Source: Asterionella formosa (Eukaryota). From it: 45,224 nt of DNA. Made by a program: the position numbers and the translations under genes. The stretch covers positions 1 to 45,224 of the forward strand of contig NKIB01014299.1 of NCBI GenBank assembly GCA_002256025.1, in the 5' to 3' direction. The notes beneath the pieces were generated by a model. That model had not been told where the DNA came from. It worked only from the letters and a program-made list of their open reading frames with translations, and ran no database searches. This document shows, one piece after another, positions 24,592 to 36,955 of the stretch (position 1 is its first letter; the number at the start of each line of letters is the position of its first letter).

Positions 24592-26664
24592 ATGCCAGCT
24601 ACAACTCGAGCCTCTCGCCGTCGTCGAGCGACCGACACTCAGGTAATTGGAGGTATACTAGCTGCCCTGGATATCAACAATGGTGGAACAAGCAAGCCTG
24701 TTGAACCGAAAGAAGCGTCGAAACTGATAGCCTCAGATTTTTCTGACCTTGGGAAAGACGATGATACTCCCGAACGACCAGGCCCTGGAATTGAGAAAAA
24801 AAAACTGGAACTTCCTCCGTCATCGGTAATTATCTCTTCTCAGATTCTTTCTCCCGATGCATCGTTGTGCATGTCGGAATTGAGCGCAGATTCAGAACGA
24901 AGGCGATTGACTAGCCCAAAGTTCTTGTTTCCTAGGCAATATAGCGGATTGGCCGAGCTTGAATCTGTCCTTCCTGAAGAGATCAGCTATTGCGCTGATG
25001 AAGAAAGCTCGCAGAGAAGAAGAGATGTAAATGTCAAGACTGACAGTGATGTAGCGAGCAATGGCAAGAGTGCCGACGAGGAAGCCAGCAATGATGGACA
25101 GAGCGATCAAGATGACGATGAAGAGAATTACAACATCAGTGATGCTACAAGTGAGAGAGAATTCGAAGATACAGATGAATCAAGCCAATTCGACTCCGAG
25201 GAAGATGAACTGAGCGAACAAGATGAAACGGACTTCATAAATGACAATGATGAAACAGATGAAGATCAGGAGTTCTCGCCTCCCCTAAAGAAGAAATCGA
25301 ATAAGATAGAACTAGAAGTTGATGATGTATACATTCCTGAAGACACGGAGGAAGAATATTCCGATGATGAATTGGAGATTGACGAAGAGGAATGTGACAC
25401 AACCACAAAGCAAGCGAGAAAATCGACACATGGAAACTTTGAGGCCGTGGCTGAAATCCTGCAAGAAACAACTTCAAAAAGCGAAGAAGCCGTTGCGATC
25501 GCAATGGTGCTTGATGAAGAAGAAACAGACGACGAGGATAGTGTGATTTTCGAGAAAAAGGCGAAACCAGACCAAGAAGCATCCAACACCACCACCAACG
25601 ATGATGTCGCGCCTTTTGCAGTGAAAGGACAATCCAAGGGTGAGCATGCGGCCTCTGTTGTCAATGACGACCAAAAAACACCGAACTCGTGCGTGGATAA
25701 GAAAATGAATAATAATGACGATACTATGGTGGTTCACTGCAAAAAAGTCGACAATGCCGGGAATTTGTCCTTTGACGAAAATTCGGATTCATCTGCTGAC
25801 GGTACAGTTCAGTCAGACGATGTTTCCAAAGAATCATATCTAACATCTCCAATAGTGGAATCACACTTATGTTCCATACAAATTGTTGACAAGAACGGAA
25901 CGGAAGGCTCGACAATCAAATCACAAATCGATGCAGAAAAAACACTGATCATCGCAAGTTGTGATGATGATGCTTGGAGTTCAGAAGAATCAAACGAACA
26001 TCAGCCAACTGTGAACGATCCCAACAGCGATAAATACGAAGCTGCATTGGCCGATAGTGAAATGAATGTGTCTGTTTTACAAACCAGCGATATACAAGTG
26101 GACGAGGGAGGATTTTTCAAAGATGAGATGACCTTGGAAAAACAAGCAGAGGACAATGTTTCAGTAGAACAAGTTGGAAATGATGCTTACTCTGATTGCC
26201 ATGATTTCTCCAATGTAGAAATGCAAAAGAATGAGGTTGACTCGCTCTCTGATACGTCGTCAGACCAGCCCAAGCGAAGCATTTTTGTAGACCTCGGACT
26301 TATTCCATTGAGCAACACATTCACTACATCCAAGGCCGTAGATGAAGCTTCTTCACCGTTTCCCAAGCCTTCTTCATTCGTAAAGCGTGTGGCACCGAAG
26401 CCTGAACACACGAGGGAACCGGACACTGCTGTAATCAATCGCAAATCTACTACTGGTCATAAGAATAAGCGGGAGGGCTCCGTTCGTCGGGGAAAGTGGG
26501 CTCTTGGACAGAAAATTGGAATTGGCTCATTTGGGGTGGTACATGTGGGAATGAATATGCAAACTGGTCAGCTTATGGCGGTCAAAAGCATCGAGTTGGC
26601 TCCATCGGCCATGTATGACGTCGATCTACCCCAGAATGAGCTGTCCTTAGAACCGGTCTATTAG
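24592..26664 (+). pseudogene. Truncated chimeric MAP3K copy: 674 aa of the kinase plus 16 aa from antisense ATG13
   Basis: Matches the 32539 gene up to AVKSIELAPSAM (one T/K change), then YDVDLPQNELSLEPVY*. Lacks HRD and DFG. The reading frame is open. Confidence 0.85.
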
Positions 26665-27435
26665 GATGCGATGAGGAAACGATGTGCGGCTGCTTGAAAT
26701 TGTATTGCGAAGGAGCGGACTTGGTAATATCTTGTGGCACCGTAGAGCCGCAAGGAGCAGCAGCTATTGGGATAGGCATCGCTTTACGTCTCGAAAATTC
26801 CGGTAAAAAGCGCTGTATCGTCGGCATGTACCATACGCTTGCTGCCATGGGTCCGTATGGAGTTGGTACTGGGGGCAGATCCTTCATATCAAATTGGAAG
26901 ACTTCCTGACATGCATGTGTAATCTCAAGGCTGTATTTCAGTTCCGTGGTTTCGTGTAGTCTCTGGCAAGGCAATAGCCGGGTCAGACAATATAAGCTTC
27001 TCAGAAAGAAAACTACTTTCTTGCAAACATGGCGGAGCTGGACGAGGGGGTCCGTGTGAGGGCATTCCTCGGCAAAATTCGTCTGATATCCGGGGTGGAA
27101 GGACAGCGACCACTGCTCCAGTAACTCGTTGCCGCAGTAAATACTGAGCTGTAGAGGCAAATGAAGAGATTGTTTCCATGGAATCATTAAAGCACTTTTG
27201 TGATGGATCGATAGAGTGAGCAAACTATAAACCTCAATCGGTGGCATCATAATCCTTGTCGCAGAACTTACCGCAAATCTTCCTGCTCTGGAATCTGGAG
27301 GTTGAAACGACCGCTGCTAGCGTTCTTTGCCTTGTTGATCAAACACCTGGACTGCACAATGATCTCTGCTGCCTTGACAAGAGCTTCAAAGACCACTTGA
27401 TCGCATTTTGCGCGAGGCCCGTTGCTATTCATCAT
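26582..27435 (-). pseudogene. ATG13: Truncated chimeric ATG13 copy (exons 27435-27272, 27194-26582): about 249 aa plus WPMEPTRCF from antisense kinase
   Basis: Identical upstream region, intron and HORMA region. Diverges after GVDRRHT at the duplication junction. Confidence 0.85.
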
Positions 27436-30400
27436 CGTGAATGGTTTATTGCGTCTGGTAAGTTTTCGTGTGTTCAATAATTCTGCTTGTTCTGATTGCT
27501 CGTTGAGAAATATTTTAGCTCCTATGTATGTATAGTACCGGTACCACGTTCCATTGACGATGGTGTGTCCATCCCCTTTCTTGGTGTTTTATCCACCTGC
27601 TACATTATCGTCAGGGGACGAGACATTGCTCATCTTTTCACTCCTCAGCGGAAGCGGTCAAACTTCCTTACCTGGGTTTGTGATAAATAGGTGTTGTTTC
27701 CTCTTCCGGTACCTGGTACCTGGTACTGTACCAGGTACAGTATGTACTGCAAACTCCTACAAAATGTACTGTGTGGGATTGATTGATCAAATATCAATCG
27801 CGGAGAGCTCGAGGCATTGAATTGCCTCCCGCCACAACACAGGGGTTAATGCTTTGACTATGCCGTACTTATGATTGGGGATGAACGTTCACCTCCGCCA
27901 ATCTAAATTTCTTAGTGAAAATCACAGTTACAGTGTCTCTCATTTTAGTCTACCGATGTTATTACCAATGTAGTCATATGTGGAGCAAGTTTGAAGCATA
28001 GACCTTCTGTTGTAGTTAAACTAAATTGTAGCTATTCAAAAGCAATAGACAACCACTTGCTTCCTGCTGTTACGCTTGGACGTTGATAGTCTCGAGGCTC
28101 ATGATAAATACATACTCAAGGCAAGAGAAGCATTCCAATACGAGATATCCGTGACGCTCTGGACTTTCATTGATTTCCATCAAGCAGCCTAAGTCACTGA
28201 TGTTTTTTCGCCTCAGTTGTCTCTCCTATTCATCGTTAAGAATGTTCAGACTTTGTTGCAGTTGCTGTGTGTACTGATTCAAGGCAGCGACAATGGCTTC
28301 GTCTTCAACTTGACGTTCAGTGATTTCGCGTTCAAGATCACCTTGGAGCCCACTCAATTCTGCTTGAATCTGAGCTTCCCAACCCAGTTGCTGTTCTTGA
28401 AGAAGAGATGTTTGGCTGGACAGTGTACCGGTAAGCTTCGAAATCTCGGAAATCCGCAATTCCTGTTCTTCTTTGTAGAGTTGTTCAAGTTCTTTGGCGT
28501 GGGTTTCCACCTGCTGCAAGAGACGGCCTTCGCGGATCAATCGAGATTTCTTCTCTTGTTCCATATCTCTCTGCACTTGAACAAGAGATTCTTGAAAAGC
28601 GGCGCTCTGGATATCAACCTGTTGCTTGTGATACTCGTAATCTTTGTCGATGCTTTCCTCCAAGGAAGTGAGACGTTCTTCGACATCGGCCAATTTCGTC
28701 GACAATTTTGAATTCATTGTTTCCATCCTCGCAACTAATCGCTCCTCCATATCCGCTATATGTTGCTTAGTTCGCTCTTCCAAGGAATGAGTAGCGTTCA
28801 ATCTGCGTTTGACTTCTGCAGTTAGCGCTTGTTCAAGTTTCTGGATTTTCATTCGGAGTTCGGCAACCGAGTATTCTTCGCGTTCTTTACGAATCTGATA
28901 AGCAAATGTAAAAGAGCAGGAATAGTTGAATCATATTGACATTTCGTATTTTCGAGATTGGAGAAGTGATGAAAATATGAGCCATTTGCATAGGAATAGC
29001 AAACGTTGAGTCGCGAAACATTTCTTCGCGTTCTTTTCAACTCACTCTTGTTCGCTCTTTCATGAGTTCTTCAAAGGTACTGCCGTCCATTTCGGGGGAT
29101 CCCAGAGCCAAGAGCTCTGTAGACTTGGCTTCTTCCTGGTTTACGAGAGTCGGCATGGTCATCAGCGATGAATCAACATCAATAGTATGATTGTGCAATA
29201 CATACACAATTACCGGTTAATTACCCTGTCTGTTTTGCATAGCTAAACAATTTGTTGGTTCGATTCTGCAAATGTACTTATATGTATTATCATAAATTCC
29301 GAAAATAACGACAAATAATCAAACATTATGGAATTTGATTTAGCTTGGAATTTCTTCCTTGTTTCTGATGCAAGATTGTTGTTTGCTCCCATTTATCAGA
29401 CCGGTAGTACTTCACAATTTTATTTGTTTACAAGATTTAATCTAAGAACTATGTACTTAAAATTGCACTTGTCCCCACATCAGACACCTCGTGAATTGGA
29501 TCATTTTTCTTCTGTACCTGAGGTCATCCTCCTTGACTTCTTTGCCATAATGGAGCTTTGCTTCTGGAGATGTATGCATTTGAAACCATGTATTCTTGGA
29601 AGCAAGATCCACCAATTCTACTAACAGTCTTTTCCAAGAAATTTTGTGACACTTTATGCATAAATCAACCAGAAGTAAAAAAATGCCCATCTACATTTCA
29701 TAGCTACTACCTTCTGTTAATCCTGCATATTTCTCGCCTTATATATCCATATTCACTTTTGCAGCAGTCATTTCTATTTCTCCAATCATACCCCTTCAGT
29801 TTTTCCATAGAAAACTTCATTTAGCTAGTGCGTAGTGCAATCCATCTATTTAAACCCATTGCGCATGATGCCCTCCATTGCTCTTCATATGATTACTGTT
29901 TACTCTCAAATAAAATTTTGGAGTGCTGGTGGGTTGTGACGTTATCACTAGTGCTGTTGTAATGGAATGGATTGAGCTTGCTTCTAAAAGAGGTTCATCA
30001 AGGATCCAAAAAGTATGACAAATAGATGTCACTTGTGGATGATGATAATGATGATGATAAGCCAAAGATATGTACACAGAATGATGAATCATAATTCGAC
30101 AATGGGTATATATTTTTTAGAGTTGTGCTCTACAGAATTAAGTGGAATTGGAGTAAGGAAACACATGCTGGACATGGAGAAAATATAGCTATCGAAAGCC
30201 CACCTGATCATATTATTTCAATGATAAGCTAAAGATATTTACAAAAAAGATGAACCATGCATAATTCGACAATGAGTATATCCTTTTAGGCATGTGCTCT
30301 GCGGAAGATAGTGGAATTGGAGTAAGGAAACTCATTCTGGACATTGAGAAAATATAGCTATCGAAAGCCCACCTGATCATATTATTTCAATTTATCATCA

Positions 30401-33400
30401 AATAGGCCCTACATATAATAATTATTGTCATAAATTAAATAGAAACCATTTCGACTAAGCATATTAAAACTTTCATGTATTGTTTCTATTGCGATCCTTA
30501 ATTTTTATTTTTCCTCTTAGGATAATGTCACAGTAAAAGCAATGGGTTATTGTTGCATCATCATCACTCACTCCATTTGCAACAGAGAAATAGCGACGAC
30601 ATAGGAAAGACGAATTGTCTGATAAAATCTTCACTTGTTTTTCAATTTCATCATGATGTGGTTGTTTTCTCATTTTATACAGTGTATAGTATGTTTGTAA
30701 TCGTTCCGTGATGATTCCATAGAGAAATCATGTGAAAAACAAATGGTTCAGTACACAACAGCAACCGCCAAATTAAGTTATGGCGCCAACGGAAACACCT
30801 CCAATAGTGGTGAAAAAGCAGAACATGCACACGAGCATAAATATAATTCAAGAAATTGAAAATTTTGCAAATGGCAAGTTAGCTGTGATATTCGTGCTAC
30901 TAGCTGGTAAATTTTTGTATCAGAAGAACTTTTCAGTCTGAAAAATGCTTTTATTTCTACATATAGAGTGGTACAGCTGGTAGCACTCCTAGTACTACTA
31001 GAAGTCTCCTTTTAAGCAAAATGCTTTTCTTGCTTCCACTCACAGACGCACTACAACAACAGCAACAATCATGGATGTAGTCAACAAGCAATGATGATGA
31101 CTTACTCCAATTCTATGGTAAAGTTCTCTTCAAATCAATTTGAGGACGTTCAAGACACATTCCTTCATTTGGGTATCAGTATATGTTTCAATTTGATTCA
31201 AGCATTGCAGTCATCGGTCTTAGCAATACAGAGATAGACAACAGCACAATCAAGACCCCATTGCAAAACCCCTCAAAAAATCGACACCACCCAATGGTTT
31301 TTTCAAACAGTTTGTTTGGATGTGAACGACTATGACAATGGTTCATTCCTTGATAATTTAGTGGACCATGCTGCCGCAATTTACATTCCGATAATCCAGC
31401 ACCAGGGAGAGGGAGTAGACGCTTTAGTAAATCTTACCGTATCTCAACTCTGTTCTGAAGATCCAGGTATAGCCTATAAACAAATTGGTGTCATAAACAT
31501 AGACATACTAAGCGTTTTACTAGGTAGTAGGTCACCATTTGTCTCTTCCCAAATGGCAGATATGACAATTATAGAACCAATTCCTCAACAATGAAACACA
31601 TTTCTCAAAGGTATATTTGACCACCACCTGGATATGGAAGATCAAAAGCCTTTTGTCAAACCAGTCACCCGCCCTCCACTGTTGTGGGTGAAAGTGTTGA
31701 TGTTGTTTGTTTTGATTTTCTTGTTGTAATCAAGAGTTTACTTCCCAATCCAGCCCAGATTAATACATTCCAAAAAACAATGACATTCATTTGGTTTTCC
31801 TTATCCCTGCAAATGTCCATAGCAAAACAATGTCTGCTCAGAATTCCATACTGGCAGTTGGTGGATTGATGCTCACAACTGTCTATGTATTCATTCCAAT
31901 GATTTTCTCATCCCTCTCATGTTTTTCATAGGTATAACACAAACTGTGGTGGAAAACTCAAAATTCACCATGGGGTCTGTTTTATTTTCTCCTGAGATTT
32001 TTTGTACAACTGTAAGGAGCAAAGGTTTTGCTTGGCGCCCTCTGACTTTATACCAAAACTTGATGGTCAGTGTCTTGCCAGCCTTGTAATAATATCAGAC
32101 TCACAAGCCGTTGTATGGTATTCACCATCAGTGATGAAGTCGACACTGTCTACACCAAATACTGGCACATCTGTCGGTATGTATGCCGGTAGGTAGAATT
32201 ACCACTGCCTGAGCCGATGTGCAGGATTGTCAGGATTGCATTATCAACTCCCCCAAACTTTACTGGCGGTAAAAAAATCTACGTTCTAATCATAAGCTGC
32301 GCATACATACATCGCGACAAAATACTCATGTCGTATCATGCATACTGGTTCATACGGTTAATGTAATATTGATCATAGTAAGAATAAATTGGGATGAATA
32401 TATAACGGTTATCTACATCATACACTCTCTTCAATTAAAATTCAAACGTCGGTTTTCGCGAACAGTGTCGTATTTTGATGTGACTATCCTCGGCAGCCAG
32501 TAGTGGGTTGATGAGGCCAACACAACTTGTTGACCATCATGCCAGCTACAACTCGAGCCTCTCGCCGTCGTCGAGCGACCGACACTCAGGTAATTGGAGG
32601 TATACTAGCTGCCCTGGATATCAACAATGGTGGAACAAGCAAGCCTGTTGAACCGAAAGAAGCGTCGAAACTGATAGCCTCAGATTTTTCTGACCTTGGG
32701 AAAGACGATGATACTCCCGAACGACCAGGCCCTGGAATTGAGAAAAAAAAACTGGAACTTCCTCCGTCATCGGTAATTATCTCTTCTCAGATTCTTTCTC
32801 CCGATGCATCGTTGTGCATGTCGGAATTGAGCGCAGATTCAGAACGAAGGCGATTGACTAGCCCAAAGTTCTTGTTTCCTAGGCAATATAGCGGATTGGC
32901 CGAGCTTGAATCTGTCCTTCCTGAAGAGATCAGCTATTGCGCTGATGAAGAAAGCTCGCAGAGAAGAAGAGATGTAAATGTCAAGACTGACAGTGATGTA
33001 GCGAGCAATGGCAAGAGTGCCGACGAGGAAGCCAGCAATGATGGACAGAGCGATCAAGATGACGATGAAGAGAATTACAACATCAGTGATGCTACAAGTG
33101 AGAGAGAATTCGAAGATACAGATGAATCAAGCCAATTCGACTCCGAGGAAGATGAACTGAGCGAACAAGATGAAACGGACTTCATAAATGACAATGATGA
33201 AACAGATGAAGATCAGGAGTTCTCGCCTCCCCTAAAGAAGAAATCGAATAAGATAGAACTAGAAGTTGATGATGTATACATTCCTGAAGACACGGAGGAA
33301 GAATATTCCGATGATGAATTGGAGATTGACGAAGAGGAATGTGACACAACCACAAAGCAAGCGAGAAAATCGACACATGGAAACTTTGAGGCCGTGGCTG

Positions 33401-34560
33401 AAATCCTGCAAGAAACAACTTCAAAAAGCGAAGAAGCCGTTGCGATCGCAATGGTGCTTGATGAAGAAGAAACAGACGACGAGGATAGTGTGATTTTCGA
33501 GAAAAAGGCGAAACCAGACCAAGAAGCATCCAACACCACCACCAACGATGATGTCGCGCCTTTTGCAGTGAAAGGACAATCCAAGGGTGAGCATGCGGCC
33601 TCTGTTGTCAATGACGACCAAAAAACACCGAACTCGTGCGTGGATAAGAAAATGAATAATAATGACGATACTATGGTGGTTCACTGCAAAAAAGTCGACA
33701 ATGCCGGGAATTTGTCCTTTGACGAAAATTCGGATTCATCTGCTGACGGTACAGTTCAGTCAGACGATGTTTCCAAAGAATCATATCTAACATCTCCAAT
33801 AGTGGAATCACACTTATGTTCCATACAAATTGTTGACAAGAACGGAACGGAAGGCTCGACAATCAAATCACAAATCGATGCAGAAAAAAAACTGATCATC
33901 GCAAGTTGTGATGATGATGCTTGGAGTTCAGAAGAATCAAACGAACATCAGCCAACTGTGAACGATCCCAACAGCGATAAATACGAAGCTGCATTGGCCG
34001 ATAGTGAAATGAATGTGTCTGTTTTACAAACCAGCGATATACAAGTGGACGAGGGAGGATTTTTCAAAGATGAGATGACCTTGGAAAAACAAGCAGAGGA
34101 CAATGTTTCAGTAGAACAAGTTGGAAATGATGCTTACTCTGATTGCCATGATTTCTCCAATGTAGAAATGCAAAAGAATGAGGTTGACTCGCTCTCTGAT
34201 ACGTCGTCAGACCAGCCCAAGCGAAGCATTTTTGTAGACCTCGGACTTATTCCATTGAGCAACACATTCACTACATCCAAGGCCGTAGATGAAGCTTCTT
34301 CACCGTTTCCCAAGCCTTCTTCATTCGTAAAGCGTGTGGCACCGAAGCCTGAACACACGAGGGAACCGGACACTGCTGTAATCAATCGCAAATCTACTAC
34401 TGGTCATAAGAATAAGCGGGAGGGCTCCGTTCGTCGGGGAAAGTGGGCTCTTGGACAGAAAATTGGAATTGGCTCATTTGGGGTGGTACATGTGGGAATG
34501 AATATGCAAACTGGTCAGCTTATGGCGGTCAAAAGCATCGAGTTGGCTCCATCGGCCATG
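26614..34560. repeat. Tandem segmental duplication, unit 2
   Basis: Junction CCATG|TATGACG, with a single shared G (18666/26613/34560). Confidence 0.97.
28226..29162 (-). CDS. SF-assemblin-like protein, copy 2 (exons 29162-29046, 28894-28226)
   Basis: Same translation as copy 1, at +7947. Confidence 0.75.
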
Positions 34561-35667
34561 AAGGACATTAGATGTGAAATCGATGTTCTCAAGTCCCTCG
34601 AACATATAAATATTGTTCGATATCTTGGTGCCGAGCGAGATGAGAAAAAACTACACATCTTCCAGGAGTGGGTTCCTGGAGGGAGCGTGACAGATTTAAT
34701 CAACAAATTCGGAGCCTTTCCAATTTCTGTAGTTCAAAGCTATCTTTCACAAATTCTGACTGGCCTTGCGTACCTACACCAAAATGGCATCTTGCATCGT
34801 GATATCAAAGGTGGCAACGTCTTGATCACTGACCATGGTATTGTGAAGCTAGCCGATTTCGGAGCAAGCAAGCGACTTGCTCATCAACAAGCAGATATGA
34901 TGGAAAGTTTGACAATGCGAGGAACCCCTTATTTTATGGCCCCTGAAGTCTTCGAAGAAAAATATGGTGGAAAGGCTGATATATGGAGTGTTGGATGCGT
35001 TGCATTTCAAATGGCATCGGGTTCACCGCCTTGGAAGGCGCAAGGTTACACTAACCCTATGTCCTTATTTTTGTATTTAAAGAAATCAGAGGGATCGCCT
35101 CCAATGAATTGGCCGGAAAACACATCTGTGTGTCAATCAGCGATTGAGGTGTTCGAAGGCATGTTGACCAAGTGCTTTTACCGTAATCCTGCTCAAAGAC
35201 CAACAGCTCAGTCTCTCATCCTTGATCCATTTTTCGTCACCTTTGCCGCTTCGGAAGATGAAATGTCGTGCAGCCAAAACTTATTCTCACCTGGCTCAAA
35301 ATCTTGTAGCACTTTTGCTCCTATCGTCAAAACGCCAAAGGCAGCTGATACTCCTCTGTTGGTGCCACTGATGACACCTCCACTCCCAACAAGGATTCAA
35401 GCAAAGACTTCCCGTTTAGATACGGTTAGTCCCTTGCCGGCATTCGAATGGCCAACCTGGGCACGGGAGTCGCTAAAGAGGAGTATCGCAAGCCCCATGG
35501 GCAACAAGTTCACCATGGAAGATAGCCTGGCAAGAAGTGAAGACACCATCGAGAATCCCTTCCGGCGCCAAGTCCTTGACGAAGGTGAAACTTTCAAGAT
35601 AAGTGTTGGGACACTTTCCACATTGGATGGACTCGTTTTTCTCGAAGGAGAAAACAAGGATGAGTAG
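32539..35667 (+). CDS. STE11/MEKK-type MAP kinase kinase kinase with long acidic disordered N-terminus, about 1042 aa
   Basis: GIGSFG, AVK, FQEWVPGGS, HRDIKGGN, DFG, GTPYFMAPE and DIWSVGC motifs; first ATG at 32539. Confidence 0.92.
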   Translation: MPATTRASRRRRATDTQVIGGILAALDINNGGTSKPVEPKEASKLIASDFSDLGKDDDTPERPGPGIEKKKLELPPSSVIISSQILSPDASLCMSELSADSERRRLTSPKFLFPRQYSGLAELESVLPEEISYCADEESSQRRRDVNVKTDSDVASNGKSADEEASNDGQSDQDDDEENYNISDATSEREFEDTDESSQFDSEEDELSEQDETDFINDNDETDEDQEFSPPLKKKSNKIELEVDDVYIPEDTEEEYSDDELEIDEEECDTTTKQARKSTHGNFEAVAEILQETTSKSEEAVAIAMVLDEEETDDEDSVIFEKKAKPDQEASNTTTNDDVAPFAVKGQSKGEHAASVVNDDQKTPNSCVDKKMNNNDDTMVVHCKKVDNAGNLSFDENSDSSADGTVQSDDVSKESYLTSPIVESHLCSIQIVDKNGTEGSTIKSQIDAEKKLIIASCDDDAWSSEESNEHQPTVNDPNSDKYEAALADSEMNVSVLQTSDIQVDEGGFFKDEMTLEKQAEDNVSVEQVGNDAYSDCHDFSNVEMQKNEVDSLSDTSSDQPKRSIFVDLGLIPLSNTFTTSKAVDEASSPFPKPSSFVKRVAPKPEHTREPDTAVINRKSTTGHKNKREGSVRRGKWALGQKIGIGSFGVVHVGMNMQTGQLMAVKSIELAPSAMKDIRCEIDVLKSLEHINIVRYLGAERDEKKLHIFQEWVPGGSVTDLINKFGAFPISVVQSYLSQILTGLAYLHQNGILHRDIKGGNVLITDHGIVKLADFGASKRLAHQQADMMESLTMRGTPYFMAPEVFEEKYGGKADIWSVGCVAFQMASGSPPWKAQGYTNPMSLFLYLKKSEGSPPMNWPENTSVCQSAIEVFEGMLTKCFYRNPAQRPTAQSLILDPFFVTFAASEDEMSCSQNLFSPGSKSCSTFAPIVKTPKAADTPLLVPLMTPPLPTRIQAKTSRLDTVSPLPAFEWPTWARESLKRSIASPMGNKFTMEDSLARSEDTIENPFRRQVLDEGETFKISVGTLSTLDGLVFLEGENKDE

Positions 35668-36277
35668 AGGGACAAAAGGTGAATTTCCCTCATGTAATCG
35701 CAACAATGATTTATTATAGTCGTTATTTAGGAGCGCATAAGCGATTGTGCAAGACTTATTCCGGCAGTCGACATTATCTCGTTTCATTGACTCCGGTTTC
35801 TAGTTTTATCGCCCAGAGGGAAGGAACGTAAACCATTCCCCAATCGTGTCGGCATCTACATCCTAATCGTACTTGGTCGGGAAGAAACGGAATCGCTCTT
35901 TGGAATGACTGGCAGTTGCAGCGGTATTGACTTCCTATTTCGCAAATGATTAGTTTGGGAAGAGTTCTATTGTGGAAGATTCCTACAGGATGCTGGAGGT
36001 AGAAATGATTCCCCGTTATTAGAAAATACCCCACTTGGTTCTGTGTACCGGTACCTCTCTTCGTTGGACAAATGGTAACCTTTTTGCTAAATATTCTCGT
36101 AAACTTCTCCCATCATTTGCCTCGTCATTCATGCGAGTGAGCCCTACCTCCTACAGCTCAGATTTAATTTGCTTTCATTTTAAAAATATACTCTATGTAA
36201 GCCTCTTTTTCAAATGAGGTTGGCGATAAGTGCCCAGGACACGAGTCACTACCTGGCAGTGTTTCTCAATTCTAGAC

Positions 36278-36955
36278 CTAAGCCAGTAACTGAATCACAG
36301 CCTTGGCACAATCATCCGATGATTGTGGATTTTGTCCAGTCACCAAGTTTCCATCAACACATACCTTTGGGTTCCAATCATCTGCCTTTTCAAATTTGGC
36401 TCCCAACTCTTTGAATCTCGTTTCGATCAAAAACGGCACCACGCTCGTCAACTGCACCGCATCTTCTTCCGAATCCGTAAAGCCAGTCACCTGCAACCCG
36501 GCCACCAAAGGCGTTCCGTCCGCCTTGTAGCATTCCGCCAAGCAAATAGGGCCATGACAATCGGCTGCGACAACCTTCCCCGCTGCATACATGGATTCAA
36601 TCCCCGCCTTTAGGGTGGGATTGTCAACAAAGTCAACACATGTTCCGTGTCCACCAGTCATGTAAATGGCATCCACTCCAGACGCAAAGTCAATCGTGTC
36701 CAGTTTGGTTGTATGAGAAATCAAATCGACAGCGTCCGCATCGTGCAGGAACAGCTTTGCGGCATGCGTAAAGAATCCTTCACCCAAACTGTTCTTGTCA
36801 ATGGGCACAGGGCCGCCAGCAGGAGAAGCTACGATGACATCGTATCCCTGCGCAATGAAGAGATAGTAAGGAGTAGCCAACTCTTCAAGCCACAAGCCAG
36901 TTGGATGGCCCTTGAGCTCACCGGCGCTGGTGCAAACCATGACAATCTTGACCAT
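36278..36955 (-). CDS. DJ-1/PfpI family, Hsp31-like (probable glyoxalase III), 225 aa, intronless
   Basis: TGLWLEELATPY, GGHG, nucleophile elbow DCHGP, LVTGQNPQS. Confidence 0.93.
   Translation of the reverse strand: MVKIVMVCTSAGELKGHPTGLWLEELATPYYLFIAQGYDVIVASPAGGPVPIDKNSLGEGFFTHAAKLFLHDADAVDLISHTTKLDTIDFASGVDAIYMTGGHGTCVDFVDNPTLKAGIESMYAAGKVVAADCHGPICLAECYKADGTPLVAGLQVTGFTDSEEDAVQLTSVVPFLIETRFKELGAKFEKADDWNPKVCVDGNLVTGQNPQSSDDCAKAVIQLLA

Larger units (their letters stand above)
18667..26613. repeat. Tandem segmental duplication, unit 1 (7,947 bp)
   Basis: Every ORF recurs at a constant offset of +7947. The only difference I noticed is 25943 C versus 33890 A. Confidence 0.97.

Noticed and set aside
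24892..26444. Antisense ORFs within the kinase N-terminus (and similar shadow ORFs over other genes)
   Set aside because: Explained as reverse-frame shadows of low-complexity or biased coding sequence.
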